NCBI GenBank assembly: GCA_013288985.1
Contig: JABDAT010000001.1
Coordinates: 1,015 to 65,014, forward strand
DNA length: 64,000 nt
Source of the DNA: Alphaproteobacteria bacterium
Lineage (GTDB): Bacteria > Pseudomonadota > Alphaproteobacteria > Rickettsiales > JABCZZ01
Direction: 5' to 3'
Shown here: in pieces, positions 1 to 9,945 of the stretch
How the letters are laid out: the number at the start of each line of letters is the position of its first letter
Position numbering within the stretch: position 1 is the first letter of the stretch
Notes under the pieces: generated by a model
Seen by the model: only the letters and a program-made list of their open reading frames with translations
The model's database searches: none
What the model was told of the DNA's origin: nothing
Position numbers and translations under genes: made by a program

Positions 1-1648
1 AAGCTCATTATCTTCAAATTCAATCTTCCAGTTCCATTCCTTTTCGCCTTTTATATAAGGCATTATAACATCCGCGATTTTTATAATTTCGTTGGAAGAT
101 AGATTATCTAGCTTTCGCTTCTTGGAAAGCCATCCGGGGTATTTTCCGCATAATACGGCTGCGGCATCTAAAGGAAGTCCGGATTGGCGGATACAGTGAA
201 ATACGGCATCTAAGCCTTTATGGCTTCCCACCACTTCATGGCCTAATTTTTCACCCAGTATCTCCTCGTAAGATTTTTGAGGATAAAGCTCCTCTTCTGC
301 AATCGTTGTTTTTTTTCTCACTCGCTTCTCAGGGGGCTCTTTAGGATGAAGCCATCCTTCCGCGATGGCTGCCACCACATAATCCAGCTTTGACTTTAGG
401 GTATGTTTAACTTCCCCATTTTCATCGATGCAACGAGGGTTAAAAAAGTTTCTTTCCAATAAGCTTATTTCAATAGGGGGAATATATTTTTTGCATTCAC
501 TCTGGCTTAAACCACTTTTCTCGCGCAGCAGCTTTAATGTTGGCCCCACGGTGTCGGGCAAAGGATTAAGAACCTGTTTTATTTCCTCACCTTTGTCCGG
601 CAGGGTCATAATCATTGCATTTATCAAATAATCGCGGGCTCTACGATGGTTATCCAGGAGAGCGCCCTCTTCAAATTCAACGATTCCATTCCATTTTCTT
701 TCACCCCGTAAGTAAGGCCCAATGGCATGGGCGATGTGGGTAATTTCGGCAGGATAAAATTGTCTGTCGAGCGCTTTTTTCGAAATCCAAGTCTCTTCTT
801 TTTCGCACAAAATGCTAACTGCGACATAAGGCAATCCCGACGCCTTAATATATTTGAAAACAGCATCCGTGCCTGTAGCTTTTCCTATTGCGGTGGCGCC
901 TGCGCTATGCAGCAGAATTGCTTCAAACGTATAGGGCAATTTATTTTCGGGATTAAGCCAGCCTTCTTTTATTCCCTTTTCAAATTCAGGGGCAATTGCA
1001 CGTGCAATATTTTCAATGAAAGAAAAAGAAATTTTTGTATCGCCAGAAATTATATTAGAGACACTTGCATGACCTATCGGTGGCTCAAACCGCTTTGCTA
1101 TCATCGCATGCGACAACCCGGTATTATTATGAAACATCTGCAGGTAATATTGCATTACCTCGTATATATTTGACTGTGCCAGTTCCTGGGGTTCTTTGAT
1201 GCTGACAAGTAAATAGAATTGTTCTTTATATTGTTTGTCCAGTGCCTTATCCCGGACATCTTGTTCTTCCCGGGTTTTTTGTCCCCATGCCGGATTTGGC
1301 AAACCACTATCCCTTAAAATAAGGCTCTGCTCTGCGGCATTATTGAGCAACGGCGCTATTATTGTTCCCAATTGGGAAGCCCAATTTGTATCATGTGTGG
1401 CAAGCTGGGCTATGCGGGTTAGTTTCCCAGCTCTGGCGCCTTGTACAGGCAATTTTTTCAAAACGGTGGATGTGATATGCGCGGATGTATAAATGGCGGC
1501 AATGGTTTGCTGCGTATTCATATCTGCATAAGGTGTAACGTCCATTATGCCGACACTGGTCAAAAATGCGTTTTTGCAGTCCTGGTCTGACGAATTAACG
1601 GCCACACTATCCTCATTTACCTTTAGGTAAGAGAATAAGTTTACCATT
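1..1648 (-). CDS. hypothetical protein built from repeated XRE-like HTH modules; the 3' end runs off the window
   Basis: Absent from the ORF track because it has no in-window stop. My hand translation of the minus strand from the ATG at 1648 (MVNLFSYLKVNEDS...) stays open to position 1. Two HTH-like stretches (GLSHAMIAKRFEPPIGHASVSNIISGDTKISFSFIENIARAI; LKLLREKSGLSQSECKKYIPPIEISLLERN) are each followed by a related ~80-aa module. Confidence 0.55.
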
Positions 1649-1688
1649 GAAAGTGTTATAGAACGGTAAAGAGTTTGTTAATATTGGC

Positions 1689-2948
1689 TTAACGAAGCCA
1701 ATCCTGAACAGCGTTATACTCGGGTAATTTCTTTTGCAGCCCCAAGGCAGTAAAGGCAATATTCTTATTTTTAAGCAATATCTTGGCTGCCTTGATTATC
1801 GTTTCATCCGTTACCGCATCTATTATGCTGGCAATTTCAGCAGCGGGTTTATAGCGGCCGTAATTGAGCAAGTGCCTGCCTATCCATTCGGCAATCGACG
1901 CACTGCTCTCGCGCGACATGAGCAAGCTTGCTTTCATCTGGTTTTTGGCGCGCTGCAATTCAAGTTCGCTTATGCCATTTTGCAGTTTTAACACTTCTTC
2001 GCACAAGACCGGCACCATTTCAGGGCCCTTATCTTCACCGGTTGCAGCGTATATGCCAAACACGCCGTTATCGGCATAAGACGATAAAAATGCCTGCACG
2101 GTGTAGGCCAGTCCGCGTTTCTCGCGCACTTCCTGGAACAAGCGCGACGACATGCCGCCGCCCAGCAATGTGGCAAGTACCTGCCAGGCGTAATAATCGT
2201 CATCATGGAATGATACGCCTTCAAACCCCATCACGAGGTGGAGCTGTTCAAGCTTGCGCTTGATGCGTTTATCGCCGCCGGCATATTTTGCGGGCAAAGC
2301 TGCCTTGTGCGACGCTGTGGAAAGTCCGGTAAAATGTTCACCGACCAACGTCACAAAAGCATCGTGGCTGACATTGCCTGCCGCTGAAACCACCATGCTC
2401 GACGCATGATAATGGCCGCTCATATAGTGCGCGAGATCATCCTGGTTAAAAGTGCGGATGCATTCTTCCTTGCCCAAAATGGAGCGTCCGAGCGGCTGAT
2501 TCGGGTAGATTGTTTCACTGAAATAATCAAAAACAAGATCATCCGGCGTATCGTAATGCATGGCGATTTCCTGCAAAATCACCTGACGTTCGCGCTCAAG
2601 CTCTTCCTTGTCGAAAGTGGAATGCTGCAAAATATCGGCAAGCATATCGACCGCCAGCGGCACATCATTTTTAAGTACGCGCGTATAATAAACCGTGTTT
2701 TCAAGCGATGTGTAAGCATTCATATTGCCGCCGACCATATCAATCTCTTCGGCGATTTGGCGGGCACTCCTGCGCTTAGTGCCTTTGAACGCCATATGTT
2801 CGAGCATGTGTGAAAGGCCGCCTTCCTCTTCACTCTCAAAACGTGCGCCGACATCGACCGTTACCGCAACAGTGGTTGATTCCATGCCCGGCAAGCTTTC
2901 CGTTGCTACGCGCAGGCCGTTTGGCAGAGTGGTAACGGCGTAAGTCAT
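1689..2948 (-). CDS. M16 family zinc metallopeptidase (processing-peptidase-like)
   Basis: 419-aa ORF with the inverted zinc motif HMLEHMAFKGT (HxxEH) near the N-terminus. Its start overlaps the thrC stop (ATGA). Confidence 0.9.
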   Translation of the reverse strand: MTYAVTTLPNGLRVATESLPGMESTTVAVTVDVGARFESEEEGGLSHMLEHMAFKGTKRRSARQIAEEIDMVGGNMNAYTSLENTVYYTRVLKNDVPLAVDMLADILQHSTFDKEELERERQVILQEIAMHYDTPDDLVFDYFSETIYPNQPLGRSILGKEECIRTFNQDDLAHYMSGHYHASSMVVSAAGNVSHDAFVTLVGEHFTGLSTASHKAALPAKYAGGDKRIKRKLEQLHLVMGFEGVSFHDDDYYAWQVLATLLGGGMSSRLFQEVREKRGLAYTVQAFLSSYADNGVFGIYAATGEDKGPEMVPVLCEEVLKLQNGISELELQRAKNQMKASLLMSRESSASIAEWIGRHLLNYGRYKPAAEIASIIDAVTDETIIKAAKILLKNKNIAFTALGLQKKLPEYNAVQDWLR

Positions 2949-4351
2949 GATTGGCTTTCTATAAATTCCCGCACTTTGTCTTTGCTGTTAGGCAGCGTAT
3001 GCATCCGTTCCGCATCTTTCATAATATGGGCCAAATGCGGCGGAAGGGCAGGATGCACTCCGCTTGCCTTGGTGACGGCATCGGGAAATTTCGCCGGATG
3101 GGCGGTGGCAAGCGTAACAAGCGGCGTCGCTTTATTGTTATGGCATTTGCGGCCGACTGCCACGCCTACGGCGCTATGAGGGTCAAGCAATTCGCCGGTT
3201 GTTTCATAGACGGATTTAATTGTTGCAAGCGTTGCGTTATCGTCGGCGCTGTCTGCTGCAAAATGCTTGCGCAGCTCTTCCCATACATGCGGTGGCAGTG
3301 TGATTTTCCTGTTATTCTTAGCGTGCATTAATGCATTAATTGCTGCGCCGTCACGCCCGTAAGCGTCAAACAGCAGCCGTTCAAAATTGCTGGAAATCTG
3401 GATGTCCATGCTGGGGCTCAAGCTCGGCGTCACCCCTTCGGGCGCGTAGGTTCCGGTCTTAAGGCCGCGCGCCAGAATGTCATTATGGTTGGTGGCGATG
3501 ATGAGTTTTTCAATAGGTAAGCCCATCTGCTTTGCGATATAGCCGGCATAAATATCGCCGAAATTGCCGGTAGGCACTGAGAAGCTTATGCGTCTTGCCG
3601 GAGCGCCGAGTGCCAGACCAGCATAAAAATAATATACTACTTGTGCGAGAATGCGCGCCCAGTTGATGGAATTGACCGCTGTCAGTTTTTGTTTTTCACG
3701 GAACGCCGCATCATTAAACAGCGCTTTCACAATATCCTGGCAATCGTCAAACGTGCCTTCAATCGCCAAATTAAATACGTTGGCGTCCGGCACCGTGGTC
3801 ATCTGGCGGCGCTGCACGTCTGAGACGCGGCCTTTGGGATGGAGAATGAAAAGGCGCATGTTTTTGCGGCCTCGGCAGCCCTCAATGGCGGCTGATCCGG
3901 TATCACCCGACGTTGCACCAATGATGGTAAGAGACTGCTTGTTCCGTGCCAGGAAATATTCGAGCACCCGTCCTAAGAATTGCAGAGCGAAATCCTTAAA
4001 TGCCAGGGTCGGCCCATGGAATAATTCAAGCAGGAATTCATTAGGGCCCAGTTGCTTCAAGGGTGCAATAGCGCTATGGCGGAAGCCTTTGTACGCATCT
4101 TCAATCAATACCCGCAAATCTTTTTCCGCTATGGCGTCGCCGATGAACGGCTGCATCACGCGCAGTGCCAGTTCCGTATAAGACAGGCTCGCCATGGAGA
4201 CTAATTCATGAGGAGAAAACTGCGCAATTGCGTCAGGCACATAAAGCCCCCCGTCACTTGCCAGTCCCGCCAGCACGACTTCTTCAAAGGATAGAACGGG
4301 AGCCTGCCCGCGTGTGGAGATATATTTTATCATGGCGTTATTATGGCTCAA
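2945..4351 (-). CDS. thrC: threonine synthase
   Basis: 468-aa ORF with the FHGPTLAFKDFALQ PLP-lysine motif, a GDTGSAA glycine loop and the typical long-form ThrC length. Confidence 0.95.
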   Translation of the reverse strand: MSHNNAMIKYISTRGQAPVLSFEEVVLAGLASDGGLYVPDAIAQFSPHELVSMASLSYTELALRVMQPFIGDAIAEKDLRVLIEDAYKGFRHSAIAPLKQLGPNEFLLELFHGPTLAFKDFALQFLGRVLEYFLARNKQSLTIIGATSGDTGSAAIEGCRGRKNMRLFILHPKGRVSDVQRRQMTTVPDANVFNLAIEGTFDDCQDIVKALFNDAAFREKQKLTAVNSINWARILAQVVYYFYAGLALGAPARRISFSVPTGNFGDIYAGYIAKQMGLPIEKLIIATNHNDILARGLKTGTYAPEGVTPSLSPSMDIQISSNFERLLFDAYGRDGAAINALMHAKNNRKITLPPHVWEELRKHFAADSADDNATLATIKSVYETTGELLDPHSAVGVAVGRKCHNNKATPLVTLATAHPAKFPDAVTKASGVHPALPPHLAHIMKDAERMHTLPNSKDKVREFIESQS

Positions 4352-4646
4352 TGGTCAGTGTTTGCAGTATCTTGCCGCTGCAGCGATCGACAGTGAGTAC
4401 CTCGGTTTTAGGGTGTGCCGCAAGCGTTATCTGCACAGTATCGCCCTGGGGCGTTATGCCGGTTATGGTGCCTTTGCCTTGCAAACTGACTATTGCATCC
4501 TTGCAATTATGGGGAGTACTGGTGATTTCTTTACCGGCTTTGCTTGCAATTGCCGCAAAGACGAATATCGTCCCGCCAATCAGCAAAAAGCCAAGAGAGA
4601 TGACAATTATCTTCAAAGGCAATAAGTTGGGCTGTTTAGTAGGCAT
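4341..4646 (-). CDS. small membrane-anchored hypothetical protein
   Basis: The ORF track gives 4341..4754. The internal start MPTKQPNLLPLKIIVISLGFLLIGGTIFVFAAIA (one TM helix) at 4646 avoids a 108-nt overlap with rluD. The gene overlaps the thrC start by 11 nt. Confidence 0.5.
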   Translation of the reverse strand: MPTKQPNLLPLKIIVISLGFLLIGGTIFVFAAIASKAGKEITSTPHNCKDAIVSLQGKGTITGITPQGDTVQITLAAHPKTEVLTVDRCSGKILQTLTIEP

Positions 4647-5570
4647 ATGGACAATACAAAGACCGTTATTATTAGCGACAGCGACGCGGGCCAAAGGCTG
4701 GATAAATGCCTTGCAGACCGCCTGACTGAATTTTCCCGCAGCCGCATTCAGCAATTAATCGCGCAAGGCTGCATTACGGCGGGGAGCGCCACCATAACGG
4801 ACGCAGCGCGCAAGGTCAAACAGGGTGAAACATATAGCATTTTAGTGCCTCCTGCGGAACCCACAGAGGTACTGGCTGCGGATATAAAATTAAAAATAAT
4901 ATTTGAAGACAAACACTTGCTGGTTATTGACAAACCGGCGGGCATGACCGTGCACCCGGCTCCAGGACATACGAATGACACGCTTGTTAATGCGCTTCTT
5001 GCCCATTGCGGTGATTCGCTTTCGGGTATTGGCGGTGTGATGCGTCCCGGAATTGTTCACCGTATTGATAAAGATACCAGCGGGCTATTGGTCGTTGCCA
5101 AGCATGATCTGGCACATAGGCATCTGGCCGCGCAGCTGGCAACCCACACGCTCAAGCGCCAATATCTGGCGATTGTGAAAGGCGCACCCAACCCGCTTTC
5201 CGGGACTATTGAAGTTGCAATTGCCCGCTCACCCTCAAACCGCAAGAAAATGGCGGTGGTGAAATTTGGCGGCAAATCGGCAACCACCCATTATAAGACC
5301 GAAGAATTGCTGGGAAATTATGCGCTGCTGCGCTGTACATTAGAGACTGGCCGTACCCATCAGATACGCGTGCATCTGACGCATATAGGCCATCCCCTCG
5401 TGGGCGATCCCGTTTACGGCGGCCGCGGAAAAACAGTCGATTTCCCTCGCCAGGCCCTGCATGCCACGGCGCTTACCCTGATTCACCCGGAAACCGAAGA
5501 AACTATGGAATTTTTATCGCCAATTCCGCAGGATATGCAGGAGTTGCTGATAAAGCTCAAGGGGGCTTGA
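4647..5570 (+). CDS. rluD: RluA-family 23S rRNA pseudouridine synthase (RluD-like)
   Basis: 307 aa with the HRIDKDTSGLLVVAK catalytic-Asp motif, an N-terminal S4-like AGQRLDKCLA stretch and GRTHQIRVHL. Confidence 0.9.
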   Translation: MDNTKTVIISDSDAGQRLDKCLADRLTEFSRSRIQQLIAQGCITAGSATITDAARKVKQGETYSILVPPAEPTEVLAADIKLKIIFEDKHLLVIDKPAGMTVHPAPGHTNDTLVNALLAHCGDSLSGIGGVMRPGIVHRIDKDTSGLLVVAKHDLAHRHLAAQLATHTLKRQYLAIVKGAPNPLSGTIEVAIARSPSNRKKMAVVKFGGKSATTHYKTEELLGNYALLRCTLETGRTHQIRVHLTHIGHPLVGDPVYGGRGKTVDFPRQALHATALTLIHPETEETMEFLSPIPQDMQELLIKLKGA

Positions 5571-5622
5571 AAAACCCCGTTTTGCACCCTATACTGTCTT
5601 TACTTTCATAAAAGGCACCTGC

Positions 5623-6513
5623 ATGAATAATCAACTTCCCGTCCTCTCGGCCGACGGTGGGCTCAAGCGCTATCTTCAGGAGATTCGCAAATTTCCTCTT
5701 TTAAGCGAAGAGGAAGAATACATGCTTGCGAAAAGCTATCAGGAACATGGTGATGTTTCTGCGGCGCATCGCTTGGTGACCAGCCATCTGCGTCTGGTGG
5801 CTAAAATTGCTGGCCAGTATCGTGGTTACGGGCTGCCAGCCAGTGAGTTGATTGCCGAGGGCAATATCGGTCTCATGCAGGCGGTGCGCAAGTTCGACCC
5901 TGAAAAAGGATTTCGCCTAACGACTTATGCCATCTGGTGGATTAAGGCTGCTATTCAGGAATATGTATTGCGCTCCTGGTCGCTGGTAAAAATTGGTTCC
6001 AGCGCGGCGCAGAAGAAACTGTTTTTCGGCCTGCGCAAACTTAAGAATAATCTGCGCAGCGTAGAGAGCCGCACATACGGAGTTCTTACTCCCGTGGAAG
6101 TTAAAGAAATCGCCCGCAAGATGGGCGTGAATGAATCAGATGTGGTTGATATGGATACGCGCATGTCCGCCCATGATCAGGATCTAAACGGAAAAATCGG
6201 CCATGATAATGATGATGAGTGGCAGGATATGCTGGCCGATCCCGAAGCTAATCAGGAAACTAAGCTTGCGGATTTTCAGGAACAAAACATCAAGCACGGT
6301 CTTTTGGAGCGCGCACTGGGCAAACTCAATCCGCGTGAGCAGGACATTATCCGCGAACGCCGCTTGAAGGAAGAACCCGCCACACTCGAAGATTTAAGCA
6401 AAGCCTATAATATCTCCCGCGAACGCGTGCGCCAGATTGAAGTGCGCGCCATGGAAAAATTGCAAAAAGAAATGACCTCCGGGGCAGCGGCTTTAAATTA
6501 TCCGGCACTTTAG
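5623..6513 (+). CDS. rpoH: RNA polymerase sigma-32 heat-shock factor
   Basis: 296 aa with region 2 (HLRLVAKIAGQYRGYGLP..LIAEGNIGLMQAVRKFDP), an RpoH-box-like QKKLFFGLRKLK and region 4 (ISRERVRQIEVRAMEKL). Confidence 0.93.
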   Translation: MNNQLPVLSADGGLKRYLQEIRKFPLLSEEEEYMLAKSYQEHGDVSAAHRLVTSHLRLVAKIAGQYRGYGLPASELIAEGNIGLMQAVRKFDPEKGFRLTTYAIWWIKAAIQEYVLRSWSLVKIGSSAAQKKLFFGLRKLKNNLRSVESRTYGVLTPVEVKEIARKMGVNESDVVDMDTRMSAHDQDLNGKIGHDNDDEWQDMLADPEANQETKLADFQEQNIKHGLLERALGKLNPREQDIIRERRLKEEPATLEDLSKAYNISRERVRQIEVRAMEKLQKEMTSGAAALNYPAL

Positions 6514-6572
6514 ACATTACATGCGCATCAGCGTAACGTTTGCGTCTGGTATGGAACTCTTGAACATTTATA

Positions 6573-7697
6573 CTAAATAGCCTCAAGCACCGTTGCTATG
6601 CCCTGACCGCCGCCAATGCACATAGTGGCGAGCGCGTATTTAGCTTTGTGCTTGCTCAAAAGCAGTGCGGCTTTGCCGGTAATGCGTGCGCCCGATGCGC
6701 CGAGTGGATGGCCGATAGCAATCGCGCCGCCTTCCAGATTGATTTTGCTTTCATCGAGTCCCAGTTCTTTAATCACTGCGAGTGATTGTGCGGCGAAAGC
6801 CTCATTGAGTTCGATAATATCGATGTCTTTGAGGGTAAGCCCTGCGCGTGCCATGGCTTTCTTAGTGGCATCGACCGGACCAATCCCCATGATTTCCGGA
6901 GGCACACCAGCCACTGCCATTGACTTAATCGCAGCCAGTTTAGGCAAGCCATGTTTATCAGCGTAGCTTTCCGTGCATATCAACACTGCCGAGGCGCCAT
7001 CGGTAAGGGGTGAAGAAGTCGCCGCTGTTACAGTTCCAGCGGCATCAAACGCCGGTGCAAGCGTGGCCATTTTTTCCAGGTTAGCATCGCCGCGGATGCA
7101 GCCATCCTGAGCAACGGAGCCAGTTTTGGCGGTAATGGCGGTAATTTCCTCACTCATGTTTGCAGCCACTGCTTTTTTATGGCTCTTGAGTGCAAATTCT
7201 TCCTGTTCCTTGCGCGAGATACTGTATTTCTTAGCAAGGGTTTCGGCGGTCTTTCCCATTGAGTCATAGGCCTGCGGGTACGAAGCATAAAGACCGGGAT
7301 TAGGGGAGGGATTAAACCCGCCCATCGGAATGCGCGTCATGGATTCCAAGCCGGCGGCGATGAACACTTCGCCCATGCCACTGGCTATTTTACCTGCCGC
7401 CATATGCACCGCTTCCATGGAAGAACCGCAGAACCGGTTAACCGTTGCGCCAGCTACCGTGATGGGAAGCCCTGCCAGAAACACGATCTGGCGCGCAACA
7501 TTAAGGCCTTGTTCGCCTTCGGGAAAGGCACATCCTAGCAATAAGTCCTCAATCGCGTCAGATGGAACTTTAGTTTTTTCGACCAGGGCTTTTATTACTT
7601 GGGCGGCCATATCATCCGGGCGCACACGTGTGAGGGCGCCTTTAGAGGCCAGGGTAAAGGGAGATCGGAGGTAAGCGGAAATAATGATGCGGGTCAT
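6573..7697 (-). CDS. acetyl-CoA C-acyltransferase (thiolase, FadA-like)
   Basis: 374 aa with the active-site Cys context NRFCGSSMEAV and the C-terminal motifs GHPLGASGARI and CIGGGQGIA. Confidence 0.9.
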   Translation of the reverse strand: MTRIIISAYLRSPFTLASKGALTRVRPDDMAAQVIKALVEKTKVPSDAIEDLLLGCAFPEGEQGLNVARQIVFLAGLPITVAGATVNRFCGSSMEAVHMAAGKIASGMGEVFIAAGLESMTRIPMGGFNPSPNPGLYASYPQAYDSMGKTAETLAKKYSISRKEQEEFALKSHKKAVAANMSEEITAITAKTGSVAQDGCIRGDANLEKMATLAPAFDAAGTVTAATSSPLTDGASAVLICTESYADKHGLPKLAAIKSMAVAGVPPEIMGIGPVDATKKAMARAGLTLKDIDIIELNEAFAAQSLAVIKELGLDESKINLEGGAIAIGHPLGASGARITGKAALLLSKHKAKYALATMCIGGGQGIATVLEAI

Positions 7698-7819
7698 AAC
7701 AAATCTTTCTCCTTCAATTTTCTTTTAGTATACTACCGATTAGGTAAAGAAATCGTTTATTTTACAGTATTTTTTTAGCTATATTGCCTTACGTCCCAAC
7801 CCCCAGTAGACTCTGCTCC

Positions 7820-8308
7820 ATGAACCCAAAACCCCTTTATTTGGCCTTATTTGCAAGCATTGCCTCACTGGTGGCGGTTTTGATTGCCCAATACGGGTTT
7901 GGTCTTATCCCTTGCGAATTATGCCAACTGCAGCGCATTCCCTATGTTGTGGTGATATTTCTGGCTCTTCTGGGGCTTTACAGGCCGCGTCACCGTCTTT
8001 GGATAATCGGGCTTATCGGGCTGACGTTTCTGGCGGGCAGTGGGATTGCTGCCTATCACACCGGTGTTGAAAAACAATGGATTGCTGGCCCCATAGGCTG
8101 TACGGATTCGGGTAATAAAGCCGGTCAATCAATGGATGATTTCTTAAAGAAAATTGAACATGCACCCATCGTCGCCTGCAACCAGTCGCAATGGGATTTT
8201 CATGGGCTTACTATGGCCGGCATGAATGCCTTCTGGTCATTGTTTCTTGCCTGCAATATGTTTGTTGCGTTGCAGCAATTATGTAAGAGAAAGCATTCTC
8301 ATGCGTAA
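7820..8308 (+). CDS. DsbB-family disulfide bond formation protein
   Basis: Polytopic membrane ORF with a CELCQLQRIPY (CxxC) motif and a second Cys pair. The ATG at 7820 is preferred over the TTG at 7784. Confidence 0.8.
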   Translation: MNPKPLYLALFASIASLVAVLIAQYGFGLIPCELCQLQRIPYVVVIFLALLGLYRPRHRLWIIGLIGLTFLAGSGIAAYHTGVEKQWIAGPIGCTDSGNKAGQSMDDFLKKIEHAPIVACNQSQWDFHGLTMAGMNAFWSLFLACNMFVALQQLCKRKHSHA

Positions 8309-8837
8309 ACTTCCCGGCGATATATCCGAGCAGCAGGAGAACGAACGCATGATACGTGTTGACCATGCGGGCGAGTATGGCGCAGCGCGTATTTACGCGG
8401 GTCAGCTGGCAGTAATGGGCAAGACGCCAGGGCGCAAACTTGTTGAACATATGGCGAAGCAGGAGCAGCATCATTTAGATACATTTGAGGCGCTCATGAA
8501 AGAGCGTAAAGTGCGCCCAACCGCGCTTATGCCGCTCTGGCATGTAGCAGGGTTTGCGCTTGGCGCCGCCACCGCTTTGATGGGAGAGAAAGCAGCCTTT
8601 GCCTGCACGGTTGCCGTAGAGTCGGTGATAGATAAACATTACGCAGAGCAACAGACACGCCTTGGCGAAAATGAGAAAAATCTTGCCCGGACGATAGAAA
8701 AATTCCGCACGGAAGAGCAGGAACATCATGATGCCGGGCTCGCCCAGGGAGCGGAAGAAACGCCGCTTTATCCGGTCCTTACTACGGCGGTGAAGGTTGC
8801 CAGCAAACTCGCCATCTGGCTCTCTACCAGAGTATAA
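8301..8837 (+). CDS. coq7: demethoxyubiquinone hydroxylase (COQ7 family di-iron carboxylate)
   Basis: RVDHAGEYGAARIYAGQL and the repeated E..H di-iron motifs (EQHH, EEQEHH). The start at 8301 (MRKLPGD) overlaps the dsbB-like stop by 8 nt. Confidence 0.9.
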   Translation: MRKLPGDISEQQENERMIRVDHAGEYGAARIYAGQLAVMGKTPGRKLVEHMAKQEQHHLDTFEALMKERKVRPTALMPLWHVAGFALGAATALMGEKAAFACTVAVESVIDKHYAEQQTRLGENEKNLARTIEKFRTEEQEHHDAGLAQGAEETPLYPVLTTAVKVASKLAIWLSTRV

Positions 8838-8855
8838 TGCTGCACCGCAGCATTA
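8835..8855 (+). terminator. hairpin at the coq7 stop codon (no U-tract)
   Basis: TAATGCTGC-acc-GCAGCATTA is a perfect 9-bp stem overlapping the TAA stop. No T-run follows. Confidence 0.35.
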
Positions 8856-8939
8856 TGGATAGCTTTAGGCTTTACGCGGCTAAGCGTTTTTGCTATACTC
8901 ACCACTTGCACTATACATAGTGAAAGGCTTGGAGGATCC

Positions 8940-9116
8940 ATGAGAAACCTTGCCGATAACATCTTCGAACCCGATCTGGAAGAGATCATGAGTGATCCCA
9001 TCTTTGCTTTGCTCATGCACAGAGACGGAGTGGAAAAAGATCCCTTGCTTGCCTTGCTGCGTGAAGCGGCCGAAAATAAACTTCCTTCATTGCAGCCACA
9101 GCTTCAGATCGTATAA
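8940..9116 (+). CDS. small hypothetical protein (58 aa), below the ORF-track cutoff
   Basis: Hand translation gives MRNLADNIFEPDLEEIMSDPIFALLMHRDGVEKDPLLALLREAAENKLPSLQPQLQIV*. A GGAGGA sits 3 nt upstream of the ATG. The antisense 82-aa track ORF looks spurious. Confidence 0.4.
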   Translation: MRNLADNIFEPDLEEIMSDPIFALLMHRDGVEKDPLLALLREAAENKLPSLQPQLQIV

Positions 9117-9190
9117 TATTTCATTGCAATAAATATTTAACACATATTTCTTATGCTAAGGGGTATACTGGCGTAAGAAAAGGATGGCAT

Positions 9191-9469
9191 GTGCGTAAAG
9201 GGCTTGTTGTATTGCTGACGTTTCTTGTGCTGGCCGGTTGCAGGCCGGTATCGATATGGTTTGCCCAGCCCGAGGGGCCTGCCGAGTATCAGCTGGGATG
9301 GCAGGATGGCTGCGATTCCGGTCTATCTGCGCAAGGGTCTTATCTTTACCGCGCTATTTATGGCTTCAAAAAACGTCCTGAAATGGGTGAGAATGACCTC
9401 TACAAGCAAGGCTGGAACGAAGGATTCACCTATTGCAGGTTCGCGCTGGCATCCGATCAGTCGAATTAA
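9191..9469 (+). CDS. putative lipoprotein
   Basis: GTG start preceded by AAGGA, with signal and lipobox MRKGLVVLLTFLVLAGC. Confidence 0.6.
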   Translation: MRKGLVVLLTFLVLAGCRPVSIWFAQPEGPAEYQLGWQDGCDSGLSAQGSYLYRAIYGFKKRPEMGENDLYKQGWNEGFTYCRFALASDQSN

Positions 9470-9505
9470 ACTCCTCCTTATCCCTGGCTGCTGCATAATA
9501 AATCT

Positions 9506-9533
9506 TTGACTCTGTGGCCCTATTTGTTAAACC
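9506..9533 (+). promoter_or_regulatory. candidate sigma-70 promoter for the CAT-anticodon tRNA
   Basis: TTGACT (9506-9511), a 16-nt spacer and TG-n-TAAACC (9525-9533), about 14 nt before the tRNA 5' end. Confidence 0.35.
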
Positions 9534-9546
9534 TGCCGGTATGTGC

Positions 9547-9622
9547 GGGGCGATAGCTCAGCGGTTAGAGCAGGGCGCTCATAACGCCTTGGTCGGGGGT
9601 TCAAATCCCTCTCGCCCCACCA
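9547..9622 (+). tRNA. tRNA with CAT anticodon (elongator Met, or Ile2 after lysidine modification)
   Basis: A hand-folded cloverleaf fits: acceptor GGGGCGA/TCGCCCC, D-arm GCTC..GAGC, anticodon loop CTCATAA, T-arm GGGGG-TTCAAAT-CCCTC and an encoded CCA. It lacks the initiator features (C1:A72, 3 GC pairs at 29-31). Confidence 0.9.
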
Positions 9623-9945
9623 CCCGTTTTCGTTAGTGAGCATAGCGAGCTTAAGAAAACGAAGTGTCCGCCAAAGCTTCGGCGGAGATGGACTGGTTAA
9701 GCAGACTCCGCGTATCACCACCATTATTAATGGCAACTGTGCGTTGTCTTAAAAGAACTTTTTTTGCCATATTTCCATAACCATAAGATATATAACAATA
9801 ATATATATTCTTGCTTTCTTATTAAGCAGGCAAAGATTGTGACAGGTTTGTTAAGTTTTACCATAAAACCCATTTTAGATTTGGAGATAGGCCACGTAAA
9901 AGGTATATTTAAGTGTAGAAAACGAAGAAACATGTGATGTGAACT

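Noticed and set aside
9527-9736. 69-aa minus-strand ORF overlapping the CAT-anticodon tRNA
   Set aside because: It is antisense to a well-folding tRNA. Its product contains the usual tRNA-translation artefact (GERDLNPRP..PALTAELS).
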